The notes: generated by a model not told the origin, from the sequence alone. Numbered from the stretch's first letter, positions 33,468-43,254 are shown. The stretch: 48,453 nt of DNA from an uncultured Candidatus Saccharibacteria bacterium (GCA_964646415.1 CAZYEL010000005.1:18601-67053), one strand, 5' to 3'. Numbers and translations: made by a program.

Positions 33468-33891
33468 TGTCCTTATTATACAATTTCAAATACATTTCCA
33501 CCGGTTCGCGGGTGGTTTGGGTGAGCGGTTCGGGGAGCTTGTCGATTGGAAACCAGCCGAATTCCTTGGTTTTGTCCGGTTCACAGTTTCGAGGTTTGCC
33601 TTTTGTGATGCGCGCGAGGTAGTGGAACGCCACCCAATGTTCTTTTTCTGCGGGGAGAATTTGGTTGGTAAATCCGAGGGATTCAAGGAGTTCGATTTCC
33701 ACTCCGAATTCTTCTTTTACTTCGCGCCGCACGGCGTCCTCCACCGTTTCGCCGTACTCCACGGCGCCGCCGGGTTTGCACCACATGCCAATCTCGTTCC
33801 TGTTTTTGCGCTTGAGGAGAAGGGTCTCGCCGCAGTCGTTCACGATGAGCGCGCCGCACCCCACGCCGATGTAGTCTTTTCCAGGTTCCAT
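33460..33891 (-). CDS. NUDIX hydrolase
   Basis: Nudix box GGAVEYGETVEDAVRREVKEEFG; start at ATG 33891 (alternative GTG 33918). Confidence 0.92.
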   Translation of the reverse strand: MEPGKDYIGVGCGALIVNDCGETLLLKRKNRNEIGMWCKPGGAVEYGETVEDAVRREVKEEFGVEIELLESLGFTNQILPAEKEHWVAFHYLARITKGKPRNCEPDKTKEFGWFPIDKLPEPLTQTTREPVEMYLKLYNKDRR

Positions 33892-33939
33892 GTTGTGTAA
33901 ATCCTCCGCCTGTGGCACCTCCTTTAGGAAAGGAGGAAT

Positions 33940-34671
33940 TTATTCCTTCGACTTCTCAATTTTTTTGAGCAACGCATCAAGGTCACCATCCAAAACCTTC
34001 TCAATATTATGTACTTTAGCACCAAACCTATGATCAGTTATTCTGTCGTCGGGGAAGTTATACGTGCGGATTTTCTCCGAGCGGTCGGCGGAGCCCACCT
34101 GCTCGCGCCGCATGTCGGTGACGGAACCGGTCGCTCTCTTTTGTTCCATATCGTAAAGCTTTGCGCGGAGCACCTCAAGCGCTTTCTCGCGGTTCGCATG
34201 CTGCGAGCGTTCCTCGCGGCAGGAGACGACGATGCCGGTGGGCTTGTGGAGAATCCGCACGGCGGTTTCCACCTTGTTCACGTTCTGCCCACCGGGGCCT
34301 CCCGCGCGGGAAAAGCTTACCTCAAGGTCGCCGAGGTTCACCGACACATCTTTTGCTTCCACAATCGGAAGAACCGCTACCGACGCGGTTGATGTATGCA
34401 CGCGTCCCGCTTTTTCCGTCTTTGGGATGCGCTGGACGCGGTGGACGCCCGATTCTTGCTTCAACGTTTCATATACTCCTTCGCCTTTGATTTCCGCGAC
34501 GAGCGATTTGAAACCGCTCAAGGATGTCTCGTTCTTGTCAAGAATGGCGAATCCCCAGCCCCGTTGGGCGGCATAGCGCTGATACATCCGCCCCAAATCT
34601 CCCGCGAAAATAGCGGCTTCATCGCCTCCCGCTCCCGCCCGTATTTCCATGATTATTTTTTGAGTGTCCAT
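33940..34671 (-). CDS. prfA: Peptide chain release factor 1 lacking domain 1
   Basis: [27 protein letters not shown] (PxT), [20 protein letters not shown]; 243 aa. Confidence 0.88.
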   Translation of the reverse strand: MDTQKIIMEIRAGAGGDEAAIFAGDLGRMYQRYAAQRGWGFAILDKNETSLSGFKSLVAEIKGEGVYETLKQESGVHRVQRIPKTEKAGRVHTSTASVAVLPIVEAKDVSVNLGDLEVSFSRAGGPGGQNVNKVETAVRILHKPTGIVVSCREERSQHANREKALEVLRAKLYDMEQKRATGSVTDMRREQVGSADRSEKIRTYNFPDDRITDHRFGAKVHNIEKVLDGDLDALLKKIEKSKE

Positions 34672-34786
34672 GTAATTATTGAAAGAGTTATTGATATTCC
34701 TCGCAGGGTTTTGCGACGCTATGCGGACCCGGTGCATTTCCGCCCTACTAAGATAATATCTCTACCATATATGATATACTGAATCA

Positions 34787-35176
34787 ATGACGCAAGCATT
34801 GCTTCTTCTTGTGGTGGACGATGAGCCGTACTTCCGGGAAATATTTTCGAAGAAGCTTGTTTCTGCCGGTTTTCGCGTGGAAACCGCGGACAGCGGAGAA
34901 GCGGGAGTGAAGAAGGCAAAAGAGCTTCGCCCCAATTTGGTGCTTATGGACGTGAAAATGCTTGGCGTGGATGGTATTCACGCCATGATGAAAATAAAAG
35001 AAGATCCGCTTATGAAAGACACGAAAGTGGCGTTTCTTACGAATGCGGGAGAACGCACCGAGGAGAGCGGGTATGAAGGAGATCGCCAAGCCGCAAAGGG
35101 GATAGGCGCGGCGGGATATATCCAAAAAACGAACAATCTGGACGAAATCGTGAAGCAGATAAAGTCGCTTTTATAG
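34787..35176 (+). CDS. Stand-alone response regulator receiver 1
   Basis: VVDDE, LVLMDVKM (phospho-Asp), FLTN, YIQK. Confidence 0.92.
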   Translation: MTQALLLLVVDDEPYFREIFSKKLVSAGFRVETADSGEAGVKKAKELRPNLVLMDVKMLGVDGIHAMMKIKEDPLMKDTKVAFLTNAGERTEESGYEGDRQAAKGIGAAGYIQKTNNLDEIVKQIKSLL

Positions 35177-35192
35177 GCAACTGGCCCTCCTC

Positions 35193-35609
35193 ATGCCTTC
35201 TGCAAGAAAGAAGCCCGTGGTACTTGTGGTTGACGACGAAGCGCATTTTCTGGAGATTATGCGGTTAAAGCTCGCCGCCTCCGGTTTCAAGCCTGCGGTG
35301 TTTCAATGCGATACTGCGGCGCCCGCCGCCGAGCAATGTATGAAGCTTATGCCCGACCTTGTGCTTCTTGATATTTATCTTGCGGGAAAGCCGACTGGTC
35401 TTGATGCGGCGTACGCAATCAAGAAAAACCCCAAGACACAAGGAGTGAGGATCCTCTTTTGGAGTTCCTTTAACCGCGCGGCACTCGAGGGCTTTGGCAA
35501 ATCTTACCGGGCGGATATTGCATTTGAAGAAGGCGATTTTCTCGACAAGACCGCGGATCTCCAGATGGTAACCACAAGAATCCGAGAAGCACTCACGCAT
35601 GAGGTGTGA
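35193..35609 (+). CDS. Stand-alone response regulator receiver 2
   Basis: VVDDE, LVLLDIYL, FWSS, FLDK. Confidence 0.88.
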   Translation: MPSARKKPVVLVVDDEAHFLEIMRLKLAASGFKPAVFQCDTAAPAAEQCMKLMPDLVLLDIYLAGKPTGLDAAYAIKKNPKTQGVRILFWSSFNRAALEGFGKSYRADIAFEEGDFLDKTADLQMVTTRIREALTHEV

Positions 35610-35619
35610 AGAATGCCTA

Positions 35620-36645
35620 ATGGCGGATCATCCTATGCAAAAGAATTATCTTGCGTGGGACATCGTATACGAAGATTTTTGGCGAAAATCGGCGGGGCGC
35701 GAACGGTTGCAATTTCTTCTGAACTTCGCGGTGCTTGCGCCGTCAAGCCATAACAGCCAGCCGTGGCGGTTTCGGGTCGGCGACGCGCATATTGAGATAC
35801 TGCCCGACCTTCGGCGGGCGCTCCCGGTGAGCGACCCCGATAACCGGCATCTTTTTATCGGGTTGGGATGCGCGCTCGAAAATATTCTCGTCGCTGCGGA
35901 TTATTACGGTCTGGAAACGACGGTCGAATATATGCCGGAAAACGGAGTGGAAATTGCGGTTCGCGTACTTTTTGCCGGCGGGGGAGCAAAGAATACCGAC
36001 GCGAGGCATCTTATTTTTTCGATTCCGCAGCGCCGGATGAACCGGAACCGATACCGCGAGCACCCTTCGCTCACGGCGTTTTTCGCATGGGCGAGCAGTT
36101 TTGCTTCCGAGGAGGTGTGCGTGGAAACGGTTGCTGACCAGGCGAAGAAAGAGCGCATCGCCGATATTCTTATGGAATCGCGAGTGCGTGCATTTTCGCA
36201 TAAGCCTTTTCGCCATGAAATGGCGGGGTACAAAAGAAATAACCTCACGCATTCCGGGGTGGGCATTACGGGAAACACGATGGGATTCAGCACTCCATTC
36301 TCGCTCATTGCGCCGTTTCTAATCCGGCACATGAACGTGATGAAGGTGATTCGGAAAAGCGAAGAGCGATTACTCAAAAACGATACGCCGGTTTTTGTGA
36401 TTGTGGGAACGCATGAGAATAATCCTCGCGCATGGATTCTTGCAGGCCGGGCGCTTGAACGACTCCTGCTTGAAACGGAGCGCCGGGGGCTGGCGGCGGC
36501 GATAAGCGCGGTTCCGCCGGACGTCGCACCCCTCCAAAAGGCGCTTGGAACAAAATGCCGCCCCCAAATGTTTCTTCGTTTGGGATACGCGGAAAAACTG
36601 CCGCCGCATTCGCCGCGGCTTCGGGCGGAGGAAGTAGTCGAATAA
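35620..36645 (+). CDS. Acg-type twin nitroreductase-fold FMN protein
   Basis: AVLAPSSHNSQPWRF, GLGCALEN, RRMNR..Y, AGRALERLLL, LRLGYA. Confidence 0.85.
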   Translation: MADHPMQKNYLAWDIVYEDFWRKSAGRERLQFLLNFAVLAPSSHNSQPWRFRVGDAHIEILPDLRRALPVSDPDNRHLFIGLGCALENILVAADYYGLETTVEYMPENGVEIAVRVLFAGGGAKNTDARHLIFSIPQRRMNRNRYREHPSLTAFFAWASSFASEEVCVETVADQAKKERIADILMESRVRAFSHKPFRHEMAGYKRNNLTHSGVGITGNTMGFSTPFSLIAPFLIRHMNVMKVIRKSEERLLKNDTPVFVIVGTHENNPRAWILAGRALERLLLETERRGLAAAISAVPPDVAPLQKALGTKCRPQMFLRLGYAEKLPPHSPRLRAEEVVE

Positions 36646-36649
36646 TCCC

Positions 36650-37693
36650 ATGTCTATAAAGAGAATCAAAACTAAAAAATTTCCGGAATACGACCGGCAC
36701 GAGAGTGTGACGCGGATAGAGAATCGGGAGCTTGGGGTGGTGGGATTCATTGCCGTGCACCGGAGGAAAGGGGAAAATCCTTCACTTGGAGCTACCCGCC
36801 TCTGGAGCTATGGGGAGGAGTCCGAAGCGTTACGGGATGCGTTGCGGCTTTCGTGGCTTATGTCGTACAAATCGGCGTTCGCCGAGCTTCCGTACGGCGG
36901 GGCGAAAGCGGCGCTGGTTCTTCGGGGAGAGATGCCCGACCGGGAAGAGCTTTTCGCTTGGTACGCCGAAGCGGTAAACAGTCTTAAAGGGAAATTCGTC
37001 ACGGGGTCGGACGTGGGGGTGAGTCCGCAGGACGTGGAGCGGATGCGCGCCGGAAGCCGGTTCATCATCGGGAACGGCGTTCCCGCGGAGCACTATACGG
37101 CCGTGGGGGTGGTAAAGAGCATCGAGGCGGCGCTTGAAGCGGTGTATGGTTCTCCCGCGATTCAGGGAAGAACATTTGCGGTGCAGGGGCTTGGGAAGAC
37201 GGGTCTTGGACTTGTGCGGCTTTTGTATCCTCATGCGAAGAAGATAACCGTTTCAGATGTGAGCCCGGAGAAATTGCAGGATGCCCGGAAAGAGTTCCCG
37301 CAGCTCGTGTTTGAAGAGCCGTCCCGCATTCATCAGGCGGAGGCGGATGTGTTTTCCCCATGTGCATTGCATCACAGTGTGAACGCCCGCACGGTAAAGG
37401 AATTGCATTGCCGGGCGGTTGTGGGAAGCGCAAACAACCAGCTTGAAAGCGCACAGGTGGGCGAGGAACTCCATGCACGCGGGATTCTCTACGCTCCGGA
37501 CTATGTGGCGAACAATGGGGGGCTTATCAGCGTTGCCGACCAATATGCGGGCGGCACTCACGATGACGCGCGAATTATGCGGCAGATAGAACATTCACAG
37601 GAAAAGCTCAAAGGGATACTTGTCGAGAGTAAAGCTACGGGAACTCCTCCGGTCACGCTCGCCGACCGGCACGCCGCTTCCATGCTTGCATGA
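36650..37693 (+). CDS. Leu/Phe/Val (ELFV family) amino acid dehydrogenase
   Basis: GATR, MSYK, YGGAKA, GSDVG, QGLGKTG, SPCAL, GSANNQL, APDYVANNGG. Confidence 0.9.
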   Translation: MSIKRIKTKKFPEYDRHESVTRIENRELGVVGFIAVHRRKGENPSLGATRLWSYGEESEALRDALRLSWLMSYKSAFAELPYGGAKAALVLRGEMPDREELFAWYAEAVNSLKGKFVTGSDVGVSPQDVERMRAGSRFIIGNGVPAEHYTAVGVVKSIEAALEAVYGSPAIQGRTFAVQGLGKTGLGLVRLLYPHAKKITVSDVSPEKLQDARKEFPQLVFEEPSRIHQAEADVFSPCALHHSVNARTVKELHCRAVVGSANNQLESAQVGEELHARGILYAPDYVANNGGLISVADQYAGGTHDDARIMRQIEHSQEKLKGILVESKATGTPPVTLADRHAASMLA

Positions 37694-39243
37694 GTACTGT
37701 GGAGAAATCCGGTTCCCGTTTCCCCGATGCGCCGCTTGGGCTTGGCGCGACGGAGACGCTCACGCTTTTGCGCCATATGGATGAGTATGGATGGATGCGG
37801 CGCGGCGAGAGGCGTACGCTCAAGTTCTTTCACGAGGCGGCGCAGCGGGTTCCCGCATACAAGGATTTTTTGGAGAAAAACGGAGTCAAACCCGAGCTTG
37901 TGAAAACGATCGGGGATTTCAAAAAGATCCCGCTTACCACCAAAGAAAACTATTTGCTGCAGTATCCTCTCGCGGAGCTTTCATGGGATGGGAACTTCAC
38001 GCGCGGGAAGTGGATAATCTCGTCCACGTCGGGGTCTACGGGAGAACCTTTCTATTTCCCGAGAACCCGCTATCAGGACGAGCAGTTCACGCTTACCGCC
38101 GAGCTTTGTTTCCGGGAATTCTTCGGCATTGAAAGAAAATCCACGCTTTTTATAGATTGTTTTGCTTTGGGGGTTTGGATCGGGGGAATGTTCATGTATC
38201 AGGTGGTGCGCACGCTCATTGATTCCGGGCGGTATCGGCTTTCTCTCATCACTCCGGGCGCGGACAAAACCGAAGCGATTAAGGCGTTCAAAAACCTTGC
38301 GCCGCATTTCGACCAGGTAATCATCGGAGGATACGCTCCGCTCGTGAAGGATTTAATCGACGACGGAGTGCGGGCGGGCATCGAATGGCGCAAATACGAT
38401 GTGAAATATTTTTTCGCCGCGGAGGGGTTCACCGAAGGATTTCGGGATTACATTGTAGCGCATGGGGGAGTAAAGCATCCTCTTGCGGGTACGCTCAATC
38501 ACTATGGCACGGCGGATTTGGGCACTATGGCGCACGAAACTCCATTGAGCATTCTGGTGCGGCGTCTTGCGGTGAACGACGAGGCGCTTTTTGGGAAGAT
38601 TTTCCCCGAAGCATACCGGGAGCCCACGCTCACGCAGTTTATTCCCGAGCTTTTTTATTTTGAGGAAGTGGAGGGTGTTCTTGCGTGCTCCGCGCTCGGA
38701 GGGTTGCCCTTGCTTCGGTATAATTTGAAAGACAGGGGCGGGGTGGCAACGCTTGAGGCGGTTGCGGCGCATTGCGCGGCGCGGGGAATGGATTTATTTG
38801 AGGAGGCGAGGCAGCGGGGAGTCGGGAACATGCTCTGGCAGCTGCCGTTCGTTTATCTTTACGAGCGGGATGACCTTGTGGCAAGTATCTACAGCGTGAA
38901 TATCTATCCGCAAAGTATCCAGCGGGCGCTCCAGCGTCAGGAGTTTGAAGAGATGCTCACCGGGAAATTCACGTTATGGGTTGATTACGACGGCGCGCAG
39001 AATCAGGTTTTGAAGATTTATATCGAATTGAAAACGGGAGCACGCGTGGGCGAGGCGTTTGAGGGAAAGGTTCTTGCGGCAGTGCTCGAAGTGTTGCATA
39101 AGGAAAATTCGGAATGGCGTGACTTCTACGCCCAGGAGCATATTCGCGACAAGGTGACGCCACGGCTTGAGTTTTTGAATTATCAGGACCCGGCGCATTT
39201 TGCTCCCGGCCGAAAACAGAAATGGGTAAAAAAGAAAGCATGA
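37690..39243 (+). CDS. Phenylacetate-CoA ligase (PaaK)-like ANL adenylating enzyme
   Basis: VPAYKDFL, KKIPLTTK, STSGSTGEP, YGTADLG, PLLRYNLKD; ATGA overlap with the dehydrogenase. Confidence 0.85.
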   Translation: MSTVEKSGSRFPDAPLGLGATETLTLLRHMDEYGWMRRGERRTLKFFHEAAQRVPAYKDFLEKNGVKPELVKTIGDFKKIPLTTKENYLLQYPLAELSWDGNFTRGKWIISSTSGSTGEPFYFPRTRYQDEQFTLTAELCFREFFGIERKSTLFIDCFALGVWIGGMFMYQVVRTLIDSGRYRLSLITPGADKTEAIKAFKNLAPHFDQVIIGGYAPLVKDLIDDGVRAGIEWRKYDVKYFFAAEGFTEGFRDYIVAHGGVKHPLAGTLNHYGTADLGTMAHETPLSILVRRLAVNDEALFGKIFPEAYREPTLTQFIPELFYFEEVEGVLACSALGGLPLLRYNLKDRGGVATLEAVAAHCAARGMDLFEEARQRGVGNMLWQLPFVYLYERDDLVASIYSVNIYPQSIQRALQRQEFEEMLTGKFTLWVDYDGAQNQVLKIYIELKTGARVGEAFEGKVLAAVLEVLHKENSEWRDFYAQEHIRDKVTPRLEFLNYQDPAHFAPGRKQKWVKKKA

Positions 39244-40343
39244 AAAATAGCATGGAAGAAAAACCGGTGATTCTCCGCCAGGGAGTGAACTCCCTCGAAG
39301 ATTTGGTGCGCCTTCGGGCGGAAAAAAGGGTATGGCGCGAGAAGGACATTTACAAAAATCAATGCGAAGAGCTTTTTGAGATTACTTATCCGGAGCGCAT
39401 CGGCACCCCCGATTTCAAAGAAGCCCGGGCGGCGTTCGTGGAGACTCGCCTCGCGGAATGTAAAGTGCGCCTCGCGGGGAACTGGGTTTATTTCCCGTGG
39501 AGCGGGGTTTTGCTTCACACGGTTAAGGAGGAGGAATACGCGCGTTTGCGCACGAATCGGAACCGGAATCTCATCACCGAAGAGGAACAGCGGAAACTGG
39601 CGGATTCTTGCGTGGGACTTGTCGGACTTTCCGTCGGCAGCAATGTTGCCGCGGCGCTTGTGTACGGCGGCATCGCGAAGCGGCTTAAGCTCGCGGAGTT
39701 CGATGTGCTTGAGACGACGAACTTGAACCGCGTACGCGGGCGCCTGGAGCATATCGGCATGAAAAAATCGCAGATGGTCGCACAGCAGCTTTATGAGGTG
39801 GATCCATACCTCCAGCTTGTGCATTACGAAGAGAAAATGAGCGCCGGGAACCTACGGGAGTTTTTCCGTGATGAACCGCGGCCGCAGGTCGTGTTTGAAA
39901 TCATGGACAGCTTCGAGGTGAAGCTCCAGCTTCGGGCGTTCGCGCGGGACTACGGCGTTCCGGTGATTATGGTGACCAATCTGGGAGACCGGGTGCTCAT
40001 GGATATCGAGCGGTATGACATCGACAAAAATATCGAATACTTCAACGGCAGGGCGGGGAGTGTTCCCCGCGACATTTTGGAACGCCCCGACGTAAACGAT
40101 GCGTTGAAGCACCAATATGCGGTTGCTCTCGCGGGCGTAGAGCATATCCCGCAGCGGGCGCTCGACTCTGTGGCGGAAATCGGAAAAACGCTTGTGGGGC
40201 GGCCGCAACTCGCGAGTACCGTGGCGCTTGCGGCGGGATTTGGGGCATATTGCACCCGGAAAATCATTCTTGGAGAACCGCTGCCCAGCCGTTCATGGCT
40301 TGTGGATCTTGAGAAGATATTCAGCGAGCCCAATGCGCTATGA
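39240..40343 (+). CDS. ThiF-family adenylyltransferase, Rv1355c-like ThiF module
   Basis: VYFPW, RTNRNRNLIT.EEQ, VGLVGLSVGS, EFDVLETTNLNRV, RPQLAS; ATGA overlap with the ligase. Confidence 0.85.
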   Translation: MKNSMEEKPVILRQGVNSLEDLVRLRAEKRVWREKDIYKNQCEELFEITYPERIGTPDFKEARAAFVETRLAECKVRLAGNWVYFPWSGVLLHTVKEEEYARLRTNRNRNLITEEEQRKLADSCVGLVGLSVGSNVAAALVYGGIAKRLKLAEFDVLETTNLNRVRGRLEHIGMKKSQMVAQQLYEVDPYLQLVHYEEKMSAGNLREFFRDEPRPQVVFEIMDSFEVKLQLRAFARDYGVPVIMVTNLGDRVLMDIERYDIDKNIEYFNGRAGSVPRDILERPDVNDALKHQYAVALAGVEHIPQRALDSVAEIGKTLVGRPQLASTVALAAGFGAYCTRKIILGEPLPSRSWLVDLEKIFSEPNAL

Positions 40344-41209
40344 ATGAAATTACGGAAAAGAATCTCGCGAACGCGGTGGGAGTGCTTGTTACAATCAGGA
40401 GCATTGCGGTTGATGGGTACGAGATTAATTACGCAGTTGCGGGGTCGGGTCCCGCACTTCTTCTCCTGCACGGCGGGAACTTCGGGTGGGGGATGTGGTA
40501 TCCAAACATCGCGGAGTTCGCAAAACGTTTTACCGTATATGCGATGGACTTGCCGGGCGCGGGGCGTTCTTCCCCGGTAGATTACAGGCATCTCAATCCC
40601 GAGAAAGATTTTACTCAGACTGCGCTGCACTTCATCCGTGCATTGGGACTTTCTTCGGTTTCGGTTATCGGGCACTCGATAGGCGCATGGGCAGCGCTCC
40701 GTCTTGCTTCTGGAGGCGGATCGGAAGTGAGGAAGCTTGTGCTGGCTGACCCCGTGGGATTTTCCACGCACGCGGGATTTCCGGAAAAGGTTTTGGGAAT
40801 GTACCCCTTCGCGCTCTTTCTTGGAAACACGGTGCTCCGTCCGCGGCGGGGCAATAAGAACCTTGAACGGTTTCTTCGGAGCGCATTTTATAACGCCGCG
40901 CTTCCTTTAACTCCCGAGTTTGTTGATTATTTCTACGAAACGATGAAGCGGTCGCATGGAATACGGCTTATAAGCCGTCTGATCGCGTTGCGGAGGGATT
41001 TTTTCCTTCCGGACGCGCTTGCATATGTGCGGGAACGTGCCTTAATAATCTGGGGGGAGAACGATGCCACCCTTCCCTTTAAGAACACAGTATTGTTTCG
41101 CAATCCCGTTCCCGGCATCCGGGTGGAAGTTTTCCCGATGACCGGGCATGTTCCCTCGCTTGAGCAGAAAGAGCGTTTCAATACGATAGCGATGCAATTC
41201 CTTTCATGA
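40340..41209 (+). CDS. Alpha/beta hydrolase
   Basis: LHGGN, GHSIG (GxSxG), WGEND, GHVPS triad; ATGA overlap with ThiF. Confidence 0.92.
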   Translation: MNEITEKNLANAVGVLVTIRSIAVDGYEINYAVAGSGPALLLLHGGNFGWGMWYPNIAEFAKRFTVYAMDLPGAGRSSPVDYRHLNPEKDFTQTALHFIRALGLSSVSVIGHSIGAWAALRLASGGGSEVRKLVLADPVGFSTHAGFPEKVLGMYPFALFLGNTVLRPRRGNKNLERFLRSAFYNAALPLTPEFVDYFYETMKRSHGIRLISRLIALRRDFFLPDALAYVRERALIIWGENDATLPFKNTVLFRNPVPGIRVEVFPMTGHVPSLEQKERFNTIAMQFLS

Positions 41210-41228
41210 TTTTTTCCAACTCTTTTCT

Positions 41229-42824
41229 ATGATTACCCTTCCGCTCCGCCTTACGATTCTCTTCATCGCCGTTACGGTGAACGTTTTTTTGCTCATCGCG
41301 GTGTACCGAAGCGATGCGAAGAGCGCGACCAACAGGAGCTACGCGGCGCTGAGTCTTGTGATGTCGATTTGGCTTCTCGCATCGTTTCTTTCCGTGAGTC
41401 CGGAGACGAATTTGCTCTGGGCGCGCCTCACGGTGTGCTTTGCGACGCTCATGAGCATGCTGTTCTTTGTGCTTGCCTACACGCTTCCGGCGCGAACTTT
41501 TACGCTTCGCCGAAGATGGAGCGTGCTTATGGGCGCAAGCACACTCGGCGTGATGGCGGTGACGCTCTCGCCGCTTGTGTTTGAGGGGATTCGCATGAAA
41601 GGCGGCAGTCCGGAGCTCATCGTCGGACCGGGCATCGCCTCGTTCGCGATTCTCACCTCGCTTTTTACTCTGGCGGCAATTGTGGCGCTGGTCGCAAAAG
41701 CCCGCCATGCGCAAGGCGTAGAGAGGAAACAGCTTCTCACGGTGCTGTGGGGGATTGTGAGCATGGTGGGCCTGCTTATTGGGACAGTCCTTGTTCCTGT
41801 CGCAGCGTTTCAGAACGATTTCTTTGTGGCATTCATTCCTCTGTACACGCTGTTTTTTCTGGGGATGACCGCATACGCTATTGTGCAATATCAGCTTTTT
41901 AACTTGAAGGTCATCGCCACCGAGGCGGTGACGACGGTGCTATGGGTGGTGCTTTTCTCCCGGATTGTGACTTCGGAGTCGACGGGAGAAATGGTGGCGG
42001 ATGTGCTTGTCTTCGTTCTCGCGGTGGTCTTCGGGTTATTTCTCATTCAAAGCGTGCGGCAGGAGGTGCGGCAGCGCGAGGAACTTGAGCGGCTCGCGCA
42101 CGAGCTTGAAGCCGCAAATGCAAAGCTCTCCGACCTCAACCGTTTCAAGACGCAGCTCCTTTCGCTTGCGTCGCATCAGATTAAGTCGCCGCTCGCGGCA
42201 ATCAAGGGCTTCATTTCGCTGCTCCTTGAGGGGCTTTATGGTCCCGTGAGCGAAACGGTGAAGGAAACACTTGGGAAGATAAAGATTTCCACCGATAATC
42301 TTGTGGAGCTTATTAACTCATTGCTTGACTTGCGGAAAGTGGAAGAAGGGAAGATGGATTACCGGTTTGTGCGCACGGACTTTGGCGTATTGGTAAAGAA
42401 CGTTTTTGAAGGACTTGCGCCGCTTACGAAAGTGAAAAAATTACAATTTGAATATGCAGGCCCCGCGCAGCCGCTTTTCGTAAATGCCGACGCGCAGAAG
42501 CTCTCGCAGGTGGTGCAGAACCTTATCGATAACGCAATCAAGTACACCCCATCCGGGTTTGTGAGGGTGATAGTCAAGAGCGAGGGCGATATGGCGGTAT
42601 GCGAAGTTTCCGATTCGGGACTGGGGATGAAGCCCGAATTTATTCCGCGGATGTTCGATGAATTTGTCCGTGACGAGCGAGTGAAGAAAGAAATCAAAGG
42701 CACGGGGCTCGGGCTTTATATCGCACGGAAGATTGTAGAGGCGCACGGAGGAACTATCGGGGCCTCATCGCAGGGTGAAGGGAATGGGAGCCGGTTTTTT
42801 GTAAGACTGAAGCTGGCACAATAG
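41229..42824 (+). CDS. Membrane sensor histidine kinase with N-terminal multi-TM (about 7) input region
   Basis: About 260 hydrophobic residues, coiled coil, H-box SHQIKSP, N-box NLIDNAIKY, DSGLG, GTGLGL. Confidence 0.93.
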   Translation: MITLPLRLTILFIAVTVNVFLLIAVYRSDAKSATNRSYAALSLVMSIWLLASFLSVSPETNLLWARLTVCFATLMSMLFFVLAYTLPARTFTLRRRWSVLMGASTLGVMAVTLSPLVFEGIRMKGGSPELIVGPGIASFAILTSLFTLAAIVALVAKARHAQGVERKQLLTVLWGIVSMVGLLIGTVLVPVAAFQNDFFVAFIPLYTLFFLGMTAYAIVQYQLFNLKVIATEAVTTVLWVVLFSRIVTSESTGEMVADVLVFVLAVVFGLFLIQSVRQEVRQREELERLAHELEAANAKLSDLNRFKTQLLSLASHQIKSPLAAIKGFISLLLEGLYGPVSETVKETLGKIKISTDNLVELINSLLDLRKVEEGKMDYRFVRTDFGVLVKNVFEGLAPLTKVKKLQFEYAGPAQPLFVNADAQKLSQVVQNLIDNAIKYTPSGFVRVIVKSEGDMAVCEVSDSGLGMKPEFIPRMFDEFVRDERVKKEIKGTGLGLYIARKIVEAHGGTIGASSQGEGNGSRFFVRLKLAQ

Positions 42825-42861
42825 AAAACCCGCCGGGTCCACAGGACAGGCGGGGGTGCAA

Positions 42862-43110
42862 CTACACCGTCCCCTTTTTCGTACGTACTTTCTTTGCTTT
42901 GGGAGCTACCACTTTAGATCGCCGTGTCTTGAATTTTTCCACGCGTCCGGCGGTGTCGAGCAGTTTTTCCTCTCCGGTGAAGAACGGGTGGCACTTCGCG
43001 CAGACTTCCACCTGGATTTCCGGTTTGGTTGAGCCGAATACAAACGTGGCGCCGCAGGCGCAACGGGCTTTCGCTTCCTTATGGTACGCAGGGTGGATGT
43101 CGTTTTTCAT
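42862..43110 (-). CDS. rpmE: 50S ribosomal protein L31 (Cys-containing, Zn-binding type)
   Basis: [29 protein letters not shown]. Confidence 0.97.
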   Translation of the reverse strand: MKNDIHPAYHKEAKARCACGATFVFGSTKPEIQVEVCAKCHPFFTGEEKLLDTAGRVEKFKTRRSKVVAPKAKKVRTKKGTV

Positions 43111-43170
43111 GGAGTAGAGTATAGCGTATAGGGATAATGCTGGCAAATGCGTGCGCAGCGGGAGTTTGAC

Positions 43171-43225
43171 CCCTCACATAACGAGGAGTTATGAATCCAG
43201 CCTGCTACTCCTCGTTATGTTAGGG
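43171..43225. repeat. Long hairpin between divergent rpmE and NTP-transferase genes
   Basis: ACATAACGAGGAGT (43176-43189) / ACTCCTCGTTATGT (43207-43220), extended by CCCT/AGGG. Confidence 0.8.
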
Positions 43226-43226
43226 A

Positions 43227-43254
43227 TTGACGCGTGAGCGGGGCATCGTAGAAT
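43227..43254 (+). promoter_or_regulatory. Probable sigma70 promoter
   Basis: TTGACG (43227-43232), 16 bp, TAGAAT (43249-43254). Confidence 0.5.

Noticed and set aside
33918-33936. Terminator after prfA (CCTCCTTT/AAAGGAGG)
   Set aside because: The stem is real but no U-tract follows on the minus strand, so it was not called a terminator.
37690-40343. UGA recoding (genetic code 25)
   Set aside because: TGA ends genes cleanly in three ATGA overlaps, and conserved proteins are full length under code 11.
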